This document shows, in pieces, positions 9,258 to 18,623 of a stretch of DNA of 64,000 nucleotides. A program made the translations under genes and the position numbers. Source of the DNA: Cyanobacteriota bacterium. Lineage in GTDB: Bacteria; Cyanobacteriota; Cyanobacteriia; Cyanobacteriales; Nostocaceae. Location: positions 1 to 64,000 of the forward strand of contig JBJOKS010000004.1 in the NCBI GenBank assembly GCA_046045965.1. The letters are read 5' to 3'. Within the stretch, counting starts at the first letter, position 1, and each line of letters begins with the position of its first letter. The notes beneath the pieces were generated by a model. That model saw nothing but the letters and a program-made list of their open reading frames with translations. It searched no databases and was not told the origin of the DNA.

Positions 9258-11750
9258 ATGCAAAATGAGGCAATACTAAAACTAAAGCCGCGTCCTCTCC
9301 GCTTAGTTTATTTAGCAAATACAACAACAGACCTAAAAAATGCCGTGACACTTTACACGCATTTATGGGGTGGGTTCTCAAATGCTATCTTTCCAGTACC
9401 TGATGATCCTGATAAACTTATTCTCTTGCAGTACGCCTTACAGTCAATTAATCCTGATTATATTTTCTTGCCAGAACAAGACCTTCCAGAAAATGTCACT
9501 GAAATTTTAGATCAGTTTCCAAGTCGTTACTTAACACTTCCATCCGACCGAATTGAAAACATAGCTAATCTTAATGATTATCTTCTTGGTCTTCCATTGG
9601 AGACAGTGAATGGTGGTAAAATTGGAGAATTTCCACACATTTTTAGGGTAATAAATTCTATATACAAAAATTCCTTATCTGACACTAATATTTGTTTAAT
9701 TTCAGATAATTCTATATTTGAACATGAGATATTTTTGCAGTTTGGTAAACCATCGAATCAATATCAAGAATACCTAAAAAACCATCTAAATGCTCTTTCA
9801 ATTACCATTGATTCTATTGAAGGTTTGCTCAAGACAAGCTTACTAACAGCAACAAGAATATTCACAAACTCACTCTCTATGACGAAAATGGAGATTGTAA
9901 ATACACAATCTTCAGGTGGCTGGTCAGTTCGAGATGATGAAAAAGTTTGCAATTTATTCCTTTATGAATCTAATGATATTAATATCGCAGCTATTTTTTG
10001 GAACTACCGCCGTTTAGATATAGGTTATATTAATAAGTTATGTTTGCCTAAAAAAGACTTCCTGCAAAACTTAGAAAATTGCATTTCAATTTTGTCTAAT
10101 TTTTTTCTCTCATTGCAGGAATTGATAATTTATGTTAATTTATCCAATGATGAAGCGATAAATTTAGCAAACCAAATTCATAATATTTTTAATAAATTTG
10201 ATAGAAATATTTTTGTAAGAGTTTTTTATAATAATTCCGGTTTTGATTTTAAGCCAGGTAACGTTTACTCTAGCAAACCAGTTATTACAACACGAGAAAT
10301 TTCATCATTAGATAAATCCATACGCTTTAGTCCTATCATACCCTCTGGACACGAAAATTCAGATTATCTTTTTGGGTATGATGCAGAAATTGAGTTTTCC
10401 TCTGGTAAATCATTTTCTGCTCCTTTTACACAAACTTCTGCTGTACTCCTATCTAATCACATACAACAAATTAAATATTCAGAAAATTCTCAAGACCCTC
10501 TATTAAAAGATTGGCAAAAGCGGAAAACACAACCTGTAAGACCTGCTGAAAAGGGTGTTACGGGGTTAGTTTACTCTAACGCAGAATGCCGTATATATTT
10601 ACCTGAAAGCGAAGAAATTATTGCAAGATGGTTAAAAAGTAAAGGTTTCATTTTTAAATTAAATGATCATACTCGGTATGCTAAAGGTTTTATTAAGCGT
10701 TGTGGAGGTTTTGATAAAACTAGAGATTTAATTATGTCAGGTGGAGCGAAAATATTTAGGGCTTTTGGTACTAGTGAATCCTCGGAAATCAATAAAGAAG
10801 ATGGAAATAAATTCAAGCATTCACATAAATCTGAACAAAGTGGATTGAAATATTCAGAAATAAAAGGACGTTTAGAACGAGAATTAAATCTGATCCGGAA
10901 AGATGCAAAGAATACGAAAGATGCAAAGAATATAGTAGAGCAAAATCTTCCGGCATTATTGGAAGCAGGGTTATTATACCGAGGATATGCCCTAAAATGC
11001 CCACATTGTGGGTTAAAAGACTGGTATAAATTGGAAAAAACTAATGAATTTGTTGAATGCAATGGTTGTGCAGAAAATTTCCAGTTAGGTTGTAAAGAAA
11101 ATTTTCAGTTTGACAATTTGGATAAGTTAGAATTTGCATATAAACCTAATGAATTAGCAGCCCGTTTTCTAAAAACTGGTGGAGAGGCTGTACTTTCAAC
11201 AGAAGCTTTTTTATCCTGGCTTGCTTCTTCTGGACATATTCAACTTGGAGGAGACATTTCACGCTTAGATGAAAAGCAGTCCTTCGCAGAAATTGATTTA
11301 TTTATCCTTGTTAAAAATGTTTTAATACTTGCTGAATGTAAGTCTTGGCGTTTAATAGATGAATCAAAGGCAAACGATATAATCAAGCATCTTGAAAAAG
11401 TAATTGAAACAGCAGTCCTTGTAAGCGCCAAAGTAGTTGTTTTAGGTGTTGTGACTACATCAGTTACCTGTGACTTACATTCCCTTGTGAGCGATGTGGC
11501 ACAAAATGCAACCGAAAAAGGAATCGGTGTACATCTACTGCTCAATGATACGTTTTATCTAATGGGTCAAAAAGAGAACGCAGTAACAGAACAATGGAAA
11601 CTCAATGTGTGGGATCTTATAGTTCCAGACAAGGACTTGCCTCATTATCAAGTTGTATCTGTAGGAGAACCTGTCCGAGAATATCGTTGGAATGAGGGAG
11701 ATCAACTGGTAAATAGAGACTTACTGGAAAGCTGGAAGCAAGAGTTTTAA
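9258..11750 (+). CDS. Uncharacterised 830-aa protein with C-terminal zinc ribbon and putative PD-(D/E)xK nuclease domain
   Basis: Long ATG-initiated ORF; CPHC...CNGC; EIDLFILVKNVLILAECKS. Confidence 0.7.
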   Translation: MQNEAILKLKPRPLRLVYLANTTTDLKNAVTLYTHLWGGFSNAIFPVPDDPDKLILLQYALQSINPDYIFLPEQDLPENVTEILDQFPSRYLTLPSDRIENIANLNDYLLGLPLETVNGGKIGEFPHIFRVINSIYKNSLSDTNICLISDNSIFEHEIFLQFGKPSNQYQEYLKNHLNALSITIDSIEGLLKTSLLTATRIFTNSLSMTKMEIVNTQSSGGWSVRDDEKVCNLFLYESNDINIAAIFWNYRRLDIGYINKLCLPKKDFLQNLENCISILSNFFLSLQELIIYVNLSNDEAINLANQIHNIFNKFDRNIFVRVFYNNSGFDFKPGNVYSSKPVITTREISSLDKSIRFSPIIPSGHENSDYLFGYDAEIEFSSGKSFSAPFTQTSAVLLSNHIQQIKYSENSQDPLLKDWQKRKTQPVRPAEKGVTGLVYSNAECRIYLPESEEIIARWLKSKGFIFKLNDHTRYAKGFIKRCGGFDKTRDLIMSGGAKIFRAFGTSESSEINKEDGNKFKHSHKSEQSGLKYSEIKGRLERELNLIRKDAKNTKDAKNIVEQNLPALLEAGLLYRGYALKCPHCGLKDWYKLEKTNEFVECNGCAENFQLGCKENFQFDNLDKLEFAYKPNELAARFLKTGGEAVLSTEAFLSWLASSGHIQLGGDISRLDEKQSFAEIDLFILVKNVLILAECKSWRLIDESKANDIIKHLEKVIETAVLVSAKVVVLGVVTTSVTCDLHSLVSDVAQNATEKGIGVHLLLNDTFYLMGQKENAVTEQWKLNVWDLIVPDKDLPHYQVVSVGEPVREYRWNEGDQLVNRDLLESWKQEF

Positions 11751-11891
11751 AGGTTTATATGTTCGTGTAGCTGCTGCAATTTCATTCATCCGGCTACCCT
11801 TTACCAATTTGTCAATTTCAGAGATTTTTGGTACATAAAGATTAAGTAACCTACATGGTTTACTTTTATCCCATACTTGACACAAAGCATA

Positions 11892-12155
11892 GTGAGTGCT
11901 AAACGTCTACCAGAAACCACCGCCAATGTCAGAATCACCCGCCAATCTTGGCAACATGGCTTTCTTGAAGGTGATGTCAGCGCCGGCGATTTTGAATGGC
12001 ATTTTGAATGGCATTTCCGTCGAGGAGAACTGACTGTCAAGCCTTCCCAGGGTCGCGCTTTAATTAAAGAACCTCTCGGCCGCTTTTTAGAAAAACAAGA
12101 TTATCAACTAGAACCTGGGGGAGATTATGCCTTTACTATTCGCGCAGAACTGTAA
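11892..12155 (+). CDS. Conserved cyanobacterial protein (DUF3146 family)
   Basis: MSAKRLPETTA...LEPGGDYAFTIRAEL; typical neighbour of ruvX/ntcA; GTG start at 11892. Confidence 0.8.
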   Translation: MSAKRLPETTANVRITRQSWQHGFLEGDVSAGDFEWHFEWHFRRGELTVKPSQGRALIKEPLGRFLEKQDYQLEPGGDYAFTIRAEL

Positions 12156-12159
12156 TTAG

Positions 12160-12597
12160 TCAGTTGTCAGTAGGACTGCTGGAAGTTAAGCGGTTGAGGT
12201 AGCGTTCAATCAATAAGATGGCTACAATGTCATCTATTGGTCGTGGTGGCTGTCGCAAACCTTTTGGTAAGAGTTTGGTGAGTCCTGTGGGTGGAAACAT
12301 CTGCCAATAGCGATCGCGTGCTTCTAGAGTTGTATAACGCTCATCAACTAAAATAATATTCAGAGAGGGAATTAATTCCTGATGAAGTTGTTGTTTCCAC
12401 TTTTTTGCCGTGGTTTGATCTCCCATGACAATTAAGGAAATAGGAAATCTTTGGCGCAGTGACGAAATTTGCGCGATCGCCTCAGCAGCAGGAACAACTT
12501 GATGATAATACAACTGCCGATCCAATCCCATCACAGCTACACCACATTTATCTCGACCAGGATCAAAGCCTAAAATTGCAGGTTGTGTATTAGTCAT
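12160..12597 (-). CDS. ruvX: YqgF/RuvX-like RNase H-fold nuclease
   Basis: ILGFDPGRDKCG, VDERYTT and IDDIVAILL motifs. Confidence 0.85.
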   Translation of the reverse strand: MTNTQPAILGFDPGRDKCGVAVMGLDRQLYYHQVVPAAEAIAQISSLRQRFPISLIVMGDQTTAKKWKQQLHQELIPSLNIILVDERYTTLEARDRYWQMFPPTGLTKLLPKGLRQPPRPIDDIVAILLIERYLNRLTSSSPTDN

Positions 12598-12688
12598 AGG
12601 GAATAGGGAACTCTTAACAGGGAACCGGGAATAGGTAATGGGTAATGGGTAATTGTTGATAGTTAATTGGGAAACATAAAATTTATTA

Positions 12689-12720
12689 CCCAGTCCCCAG
12701 TCCCCAGTCCCCAGTCCCCA
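12689..12720. repeat. STRR heptamer array (CCCCAGT)n
   Basis: Tandem CCCCAGT units; GGGAATA/GGGTAAT arrays just upstream. Confidence 0.9.
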
Positions 12721-12729
12721 ATCACCTTT

Positions 12730-14220
12730 TTAAGTGCTAAAAATAATTTGTCCATTCAAAATTGCTACAAGTTTTACTCTCAACGGACCGGCTGTATAGG
12801 TATCCTGAGCAGCTATAGCTTTAATTTCCAGGGGTTGTTCGGATTGTTGCAATTGAGCAAAAAAGCGCAGAAAAGTGCCATCTATCTGCACAGTTTCCAC
12901 AATACCAGCATTACGAGCGCGAAATTGAGAAGCAGAAATGATCAAGTCTAGACGTTGCCGTAATTGATATGATGTCATAGTTTTCGTATCGGCAGAAGTT
13001 GTAGCCAGAATCTCACCTGCGGAAAATACCAGTTGATTTGGCATTGCATCAGCAAAAAATTCTATCTGTTTTTCTCCCCTCACATAATTACCCGCAGAAA
13101 AAATTCGCACTACATATTCGCGACCATCTTGAATTTGTTTAATCAGTTGTTCAACTCTCTCTTGGGTAACACGCAATAATTCTGTATTTCCCGGAGTTGC
13201 ACCAGGTTCACTTAATTGAATGTTGGCATTGCGGTTAGCTTCCTGCAAAATTTGGATTACCACCTCACGAGCAGCCGTAGGTTGATCTACACGAACTACA
13301 CCAGCAGCCATAACTTGACCACGAACTAAGGCCAGTTTACCCAAACGCAGGTCACGGTATGACTGATAATATTTTTCTAGCCTTGCTACTTCCTGTTCTA
13401 AATATTGTTGCTGTGTTTCCAATTCTTTGAGGCGAGATTCCCTAGTTGCAATTACCTGTTCTCGCTTTTTAATTTCTAAGTTGCGATTTTGAATAAGTTT
13501 ATCTAAATTAGCAATTTTCTGATCACGCTGTTCAATAACTTCTTGGCGATTAGCAAGTTCGCGATCGCGTTTTTCAATCGCTGTCTTTGCCTCTTCAATC
13601 GCTTTTTTGGCTTCAGCATATAGTCGCTGACGTTCTGACCTTAATTCTTCAACGGCGGACTGTAATGCCTGACGCTGATTATAAAGGCTTTCTAGTTCAG
13701 ATATAGCTTGTCTATACTGAATAACTACTTCACCCAGTCTACTTTGAGTGCCTTGGAGTTGCGCTTGGGTTTTGGCTTGTTGGCTGATAGTCCGGTTGAG
13801 TTGAGCTTGTGTGATCTGTTGTTTGGCATTCGCCGCTTGTAAAGACTGATTAATTTTCTGTAAATCCTGCTGTGCCTGAGCTTGTTCTTTTCTAGCATCA
13901 TTCAGCTTTTCTTCTACCTGGCTTTTTTGGGTTTCTGCAATTTTTAGTTGTTCTCGCTTGTCTCTGAGGTCTTTTTGAATATCCTCTAACTCAAATACCC
14001 CTTTCCGCAACCCCTCATCAGCAGCAAATAAAATTGCTAAAGTTGAAGCGGAAATTATACCACCCGTAAAAATAGTTACTATTACCGCAGTGTTTTTGGG
14101 ACGTAGATTGAATAAAGATAGGCGTGCCTTTCCTACTTTAGTGCCGATGCGATCGCCCACAGTGGCAATCACACCTCCCAGAATTAAAATTGCTGCTATC
14201 AGGATGTACCCGGTGGCCAT
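12730..14220 (-). CDS. DUF3084 membrane-anchored coiled-coil protein
   Basis: GGVIATVGDRIGTKVGKARLSLFNLRPKNTA N-terminus and long coiled coil; directly downstream of ntcA. Confidence 0.85.
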   Translation of the reverse strand: MATGYILIAAILILGGVIATVGDRIGTKVGKARLSLFNLRPKNTAVIVTIFTGGIISASTLAILFAADEGLRKGVFELEDIQKDLRDKREQLKIAETQKSQVEEKLNDARKEQAQAQQDLQKINQSLQAANAKQQITQAQLNRTISQQAKTQAQLQGTQSRLGEVVIQYRQAISELESLYNQRQALQSAVEELRSERQRLYAEAKKAIEEAKTAIEKRDRELANRQEVIEQRDQKIANLDKLIQNRNLEIKKREQVIATRESRLKELETQQQYLEQEVARLEKYYQSYRDLRLGKLALVRGQVMAAGVVRVDQPTAAREVVIQILQEANRNANIQLSEPGATPGNTELLRVTQERVEQLIKQIQDGREYVVRIFSAGNYVRGEKQIEFFADAMPNQLVFSAGEILATTSADTKTMTSYQLRQRLDLIISASQFRARNAGIVETVQIDGTFLRFFAQLQQSEQPLEIKAIAAQDTYTAGPLRVKLVAILNGQIIFST

Positions 14221-14391
14221 CTTCAACTACCGCCAGAAATGCTTCCAGATACAGCCTACTACTTTCAACCATAGTCTGTGGGGGAAAGAAGATTGGCAAA
14301 AGTAGAATTTAGTCAATTTTTAAATTACCTCCGATTGTGGGTATTTTTTCTGAAAACACAACAGCTTACCAACTTTCTCCCCCAGCAGCTT

Positions 14392-15063
14392 TTACGTAAA
14401 TTGCTTACTTAATGTGACAGGTTTATGCACAGTAATCTTTTTCTTGTGGATGGAAATCATTTTTTTCTCGCGTAAATCTCCCAGTAACCGGGTGACAGTA
14501 ACGCGAGTAGAACCGATTGCTTCAGCGATCGCCTGATGAGATAGCTTCAAATCAATGGTAATGCCATCAGCACAGGGTACACCAAAATCTCGACAGAGAA
14601 TTAACAAAAAGCTGATCAACCGAGAACCCATATCGCGGTGTGCAAGAGTTTCAATCATCATCTCTGTTTGGAGAATCCGCGAAGATAACCCCCGCAGCAT
14701 CAACATTGATAATTCTGGATTTTCCTTGAGCGATTGCTCTACTTGTTCAATTGGTGCAGAAAGTAATTCTACCGCCGTGAAGGCAACTGCATGGTAGAAT
14801 CTATCTGACTTATTACCCGTTAGCAATGACAAAACGCCAAAAACACTATTTTCCCGCAGCAGTGCTACCGTTATTTCTTCTCCTGCTTCATATACCCTGG
14901 AAAGTTTCACAGCACCCTTGAGAAGAAAATAAACTCGTTCGGCAGGATCGCCGGGAAAAAAGATCGTTTTGTTGCGTTCAAACGTCTCCACAACTGGCGG
15001 AAATGCTCCAGTTGCCATCTGACGAAAAACATTTGCTAGGGCTTTATCTTGTGTCACGATCAT
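14392..15063 (-). CDS. ntcA: Global nitrogen regulator NtcA (CRP family)
   Basis: [15 protein letters not shown] start and [27 protein letters not shown]. Confidence 0.99.
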   Translation of the reverse strand: MIVTQDKALANVFRQMATGAFPPVVETFERNKTIFFPGDPAERVYFLLKGAVKLSRVYEAGEEITVALLRENSVFGVLSLLTGNKSDRFYHAVAFTAVELLSAPIEQVEQSLKENPELSMLMLRGLSSRILQTEMMIETLAHRDMGSRLISFLLILCRDFGVPCADGITIDLKLSHQAIAEAIGSTRVTVTRLLGDLREKKMISIHKKKITVHKPVTLSKQFT

Positions 15064-15151
15064 CTCCCTTCCCCTACCCAATGCCGGAAAAACAAAAACT
15101 GATTACCTAAGAATACACCTGAAAAATCAAGAAAGCACCGTCAACCTTTCT

Positions 15152-15205
15152 GTTTTTTCCTATACTCAAATCTTTTACTTTATATTCTTATGTTTATCAT
15201 GATAC
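15152..15205 (-). promoter_or_regulatory. Two NtcA-box-like sites in the ntcA promoter (autoregulation)
   Basis: Minus strand GTATAGGAAAAAAC (15152-15165) and GTATCATGATAAAC (15192-15205), both GTA-N8-AAC, about 95 and 135 nt upstream of the ATG. Confidence 0.65.
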
Positions 15206-15381
15206 CTAATTGTTGTTATTTTTAGCTAAAAATTGTTGATCAGTAGTTTCTCAAACTGAACTAACGAGGTTTTTTGGTAGAAAAATTGTCAATATCTTTA
15301 TAACTTCTTAAACAATTAGCAGAAATTTTGTGGTTCTCAACACGCTACTGAATGATTTTTTTTGAAAAATCTCGTCCTCAA

Positions 15382-15493
15382 CTAGTACAGCACGGCGTAA
15401 AATAAACCAACCATTCTCAATTGCTAAAAAGCTTACGACCTAATATTTTTGACTTTTGACTTTTGACTTTTGACTTCCGCGCAGCGGTACTAG
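15382..15493. mobile_element. Putative MITE with CTAG ends containing a (TTTTGAC)n array
   Basis: Imperfect terminal inverted repeats CTAGTACAGCACGGCGTAA / TTCCGCGCAGCGGTACTAG. Confidence 0.6.
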
Positions 15494-15571
15494 GTCAAAA
15501 TATACTCAGCTTCTAGTATAGAATAAGCTATTAACTATGCTCCTAATGATTGATCACATTGACCTATTTCT

Positions 15572-16348
15572 ATGCTGAATCTGTCCGGAAAAAACGCCCT
15601 AGTCACAGGTATTGCCAATAACCGCTCCATTGCTTGGGGTATTGCTCAACAACTACACCAAGCAGGTGCTAACCTGGGCATTACCTATTTGCCAGATGAA
15701 AAAGGCAAATTCGAGAAAAAAGTCGCAGAGTTGGTAGAACCCCTCAAGCCCAGTCTATTCCTTCCCTGTAACGTTGAGAATGAGGAGCAAATTCAATCTA
15801 CTTTTGAAACAGTGCGTCAGCAATGGGGTAAATTAGATATCCTCATTCACTGTCTGGCTTTTGCAAACAGAGATGATTTAACCGGAGATTTTAGTCAAAC
15901 CTCCCGTTCTGGTTTCAATAAAGCTTTGGAAGTGAGTACCTATTCACTGGTACAGTTAAGCGGTGCTGCTAAACCTTTGATGACAGAAGGCGGTAGTATT
16001 ATTACTCTCTCCTATTTGGGTGCAGTCCGAGCTATCCCTAACTATAACATCATGGGTGTAGCTAAAGCTGGATTAGAAGCCAGTGTTCGTTACTTAGCAG
16101 CAGAACTAGGACCCCAAAATATTCGCGTTAATGGTATTTCCGCAGGACCTATCCGCACTTTGGCATCCTCAGCAGTAGGCGGCATTTTGGATATGATTCA
16201 TCATGTGGAAAAAGTTGCTCCCCTGCGTCGCACCGTCACACAATTAGAAGTAGGCAATACAGCAGCGTTCTTGTGTAGTGATTTGTCTAGTGGCATCACT
16301 GGGCAAATCCTCTATGTAGATGCAGGATATGAAATCATGGGAATGTAA
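15572..16348 (+). CDS. fabI: Enoyl-ACP reductase
   Basis: GIANNRSIAWGIA, YNIMGVAKAGLE and ISAGPIRTLA motifs. Confidence 0.97.
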   Translation: MLNLSGKNALVTGIANNRSIAWGIAQQLHQAGANLGITYLPDEKGKFEKKVAELVEPLKPSLFLPCNVENEEQIQSTFETVRQQWGKLDILIHCLAFANRDDLTGDFSQTSRSGFNKALEVSTYSLVQLSGAAKPLMTEGGSIITLSYLGAVRAIPNYNIMGVAKAGLEASVRYLAAELGPQNIRVNGISAGPIRTLASSAVGGILDMIHHVEKVAPLRRTVTQLEVGNTAAFLCSDLSSGITGQILYVDAGYEIMGM

Positions 16349-16353
16349 AGAAT

Positions 16354-16499
16354 AGGAGTTCAGGAGTTCAGGAGAAAGCAGATTGTTCTTTTCTCTGTCT
16401 CCTCTTCCACTAAGTTGCTCCATGTCAGGAGTTCAGGAGTTCAGGAGAAAGAAGATAGTTCTCTTCTCTGTCTCCTATTCCACTCAGTTACTCTATATC
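16354..16499. repeat. Diverged tandem duplication of a 73-bp intergenic unit
   Basis: AGGAGTTCAGGAGTTCAGGAGAAAG...TCTCC... units at 16354-16426 and 16427-16499. Confidence 0.85.
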
Positions 16500-16522
16500 A
16501 AATTACAGATGACAAATTATAA

Positions 16523-17119
16523 ATGACTACTAACCGCATTGCTACAGTTAAACGCACTACCGGGGAAACTGATGTGCAAGTAACTATCAACCTTGATGGT
16601 ACAGGCATCTGCAAAGCTGCTACAGGGATTCCCTTTTTAGATCACATGATCCACCAAATTGCCTCTCATGGGCTGTTTGATTTGGATATTCAAGCCCAAG
16701 GTGACTGGGAAATTGATGATCACCACACTAATGAAGATGTGGGTATTACCTTGGGTCAAGCTTTACATCAAGCACTAGGTAATAAAAAAGGTATTGTCCG
16801 CTTTGGTAATTTCCTTGCACCCCTTGATGAAGCTTTGATTCAGGTGGCTTTGGACTTTTCTGGACGGCCTCATCTTAGTTATGGTTTAGATATTCCTACT
16901 CAACGGGTAGGAACTTATGATACTCAATTAGTAAGGGAATTTTTTGTAGCGTTGGTAAATCATAGTCAAATGACCTTGCATATTCGCCAACTTGATGGTG
17001 TTAATTCTCATCACATTATTGAAGCAACTTTTAAAGCCTTTGCTAGAGCTATGCGGATGGCGATTGAAATCGATCCTCGTCGTGCTGAGACTATTCCCAG
17101 TTCCAAAGGTGTGCTATAA
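16523..17119 (+). CDS. hisB: Imidazoleglycerol-phosphate dehydratase
   Basis: [17 protein letters not shown] and [12 protein letters not shown] motifs. Confidence 0.98.
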   Translation: MTTNRIATVKRTTGETDVQVTINLDGTGICKAATGIPFLDHMIHQIASHGLFDLDIQAQGDWEIDDHHTNEDVGITLGQALHQALGNKKGIVRFGNFLAPLDEALIQVALDFSGRPHLSYGLDIPTQRVGTYDTQLVREFFVALVNHSQMTLHIRQLDGVNSHHIIEATFKAFARAMRMAIEIDPRRAETIPSSKGVL

Positions 17120-17228
17120 GTTACTATTGGTATTTTTACAAAGCTACTTTTTTGGCGATAATTGACACATTCACATCCTCTAACTTGTAATCAATCAAAC
17201 CCTGTCGGTAATTGGTAATTTGACTACA

Positions 17229-18203
17229 ATGAATTCTGTTACAGACACCCTTGATCCTCAACTGCATCCTGTAGATCAGCCACCAGTAGTCCTTACTTCT
17301 GAGTTGCGAAAAGTCTATCACACGGGGTTTTGGCTGAATCAAAAAGTTGTATCTCTCAAAAGTTGTTCTTTACAAGTTTACCCAGGGGAAACCTTTGGTT
17401 TACTAGGTCCTAATGGTGCAGGAAAAACCACTCTGTTAAAACTTTTGCTGGGTATTATCCGCCCTTCTGCTGGCAGGGGATTATTATTAGGGAAGCCACT
17501 AGGCGATCGCTCTGTGAAGCAACGTATTGGTTACTTACCAGAAAATCCCTATTTATACGACTATCTCACCGGGTGGGAATTTTTGGAATTAGCTGCTGGG
17601 TTGTTCCAAATTCCCCACAAGGTACAACGTCAACGTATTCCCCAACTACTGGAATTAGTCGGTTTATCCCAAGCTGACGCGCGTAAAAAACAAATGCGTC
17701 GTTATTCTAAAGGAATGCTTCAGCGTGTTGGCATGGCTCAAGCATTAATTAATGATCCAGATTTAGTATTTTTAGATGAGCCTATGTCTGGACTTGATCC
17801 CTTGGGACGTTACCAAATGCGAGAAATTATTCTTTCTCTCAAAGCATCTGGGAAAACGATATTTTTCAACAGTCATGTTTTGAGTGAAGTAGAACAAATT
17901 TGCGATCGCATTGCTATCCTAACTAAAGGAGAATTAATTTGCGCTGGTTCTCTCCATGAACTGTTAGGCACAGAAAACACATATCATGTTAAAGGTCAAG
18001 GTGGTGATGGGGAAGTTCTGAAAAAAAGAATACCCCATTTACAATTTGAACCTGATGGCACTTGGCACGGTATTTTACAAGAAGATTACTATGATTTTCT
18101 TGCCAGTCTGCGATTAATGGGAGGAAAAATCATCACCATTAACTTATCTCGTCAATCTTTAGAAGAGTTCTTTATCCAACAGGTACAAAAACAAAATCAG
18201 TAA
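17229..18203 (+). CDS. ABC transporter ATP-binding protein
   Basis: GPNGAGKTT, YSKGMLQR, LDEPMSGLDP; ATG at 17229. Confidence 0.92.
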   Translation: MNSVTDTLDPQLHPVDQPPVVLTSELRKVYHTGFWLNQKVVSLKSCSLQVYPGETFGLLGPNGAGKTTLLKLLLGIIRPSAGRGLLLGKPLGDRSVKQRIGYLPENPYLYDYLTGWEFLELAAGLFQIPHKVQRQRIPQLLELVGLSQADARKKQMRRYSKGMLQRVGMAQALINDPDLVFLDEPMSGLDPLGRYQMREIILSLKASGKTIFFNSHVLSEVEQICDRIAILTKGELICAGSLHELLGTENTYHVKGQGGDGEVLKKRIPHLQFEPDGTWHGILQEDYYDFLASLRLMGGKIITINLSRQSLEEFFIQQVQKQNQ

Positions 18204-18623
18204 TAATTCATAAGTCAGGAGCAACAATTAATTTTCTTCCTCTCCTTTCCCTGAACTCGTGTATTTATAATACAATTTTTTGACCTTTCCCCGACCCAAA
18301 GGTGCGGGGTTTATTAAGCAGCCCAAAAACGAACTCTTAAAGGTGTATCCAAAGCACCTATTATATTTAAATATAAATTCTGATTCTTAACTATTGACTA
18401 ATTGAATAAAAATTGCTCTAATCGTTAACAATTAATTTATTTACACGAGTTCAGCTTTAAATTAACTTCACTAAAAATTGAGAATCCTTACTAAATTATA
18501 TCCGGACTATCAGGATTACTTAAGAAGATAACATTGTTGGGGAACTTCAATAATTAAGTATAGTCAACATTAAAATGTTTAGACATTACAGTACAAATCC
18601 TACTCTCACATTCTCAGGTAAAT

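Noticed and set aside
12667..12951. 94-aa plus-strand ORF with SPVPSPQ repeats
   Set aside because: STRR-derived shadow ORF antisense to DUF3084.
18501..18506. TCCGGA (DIF1-like heterocyst promoter motif) upstream of the wza-like gene
   Set aside because: Single hexamer without a convincingly spaced -10 element; could easily be chance.
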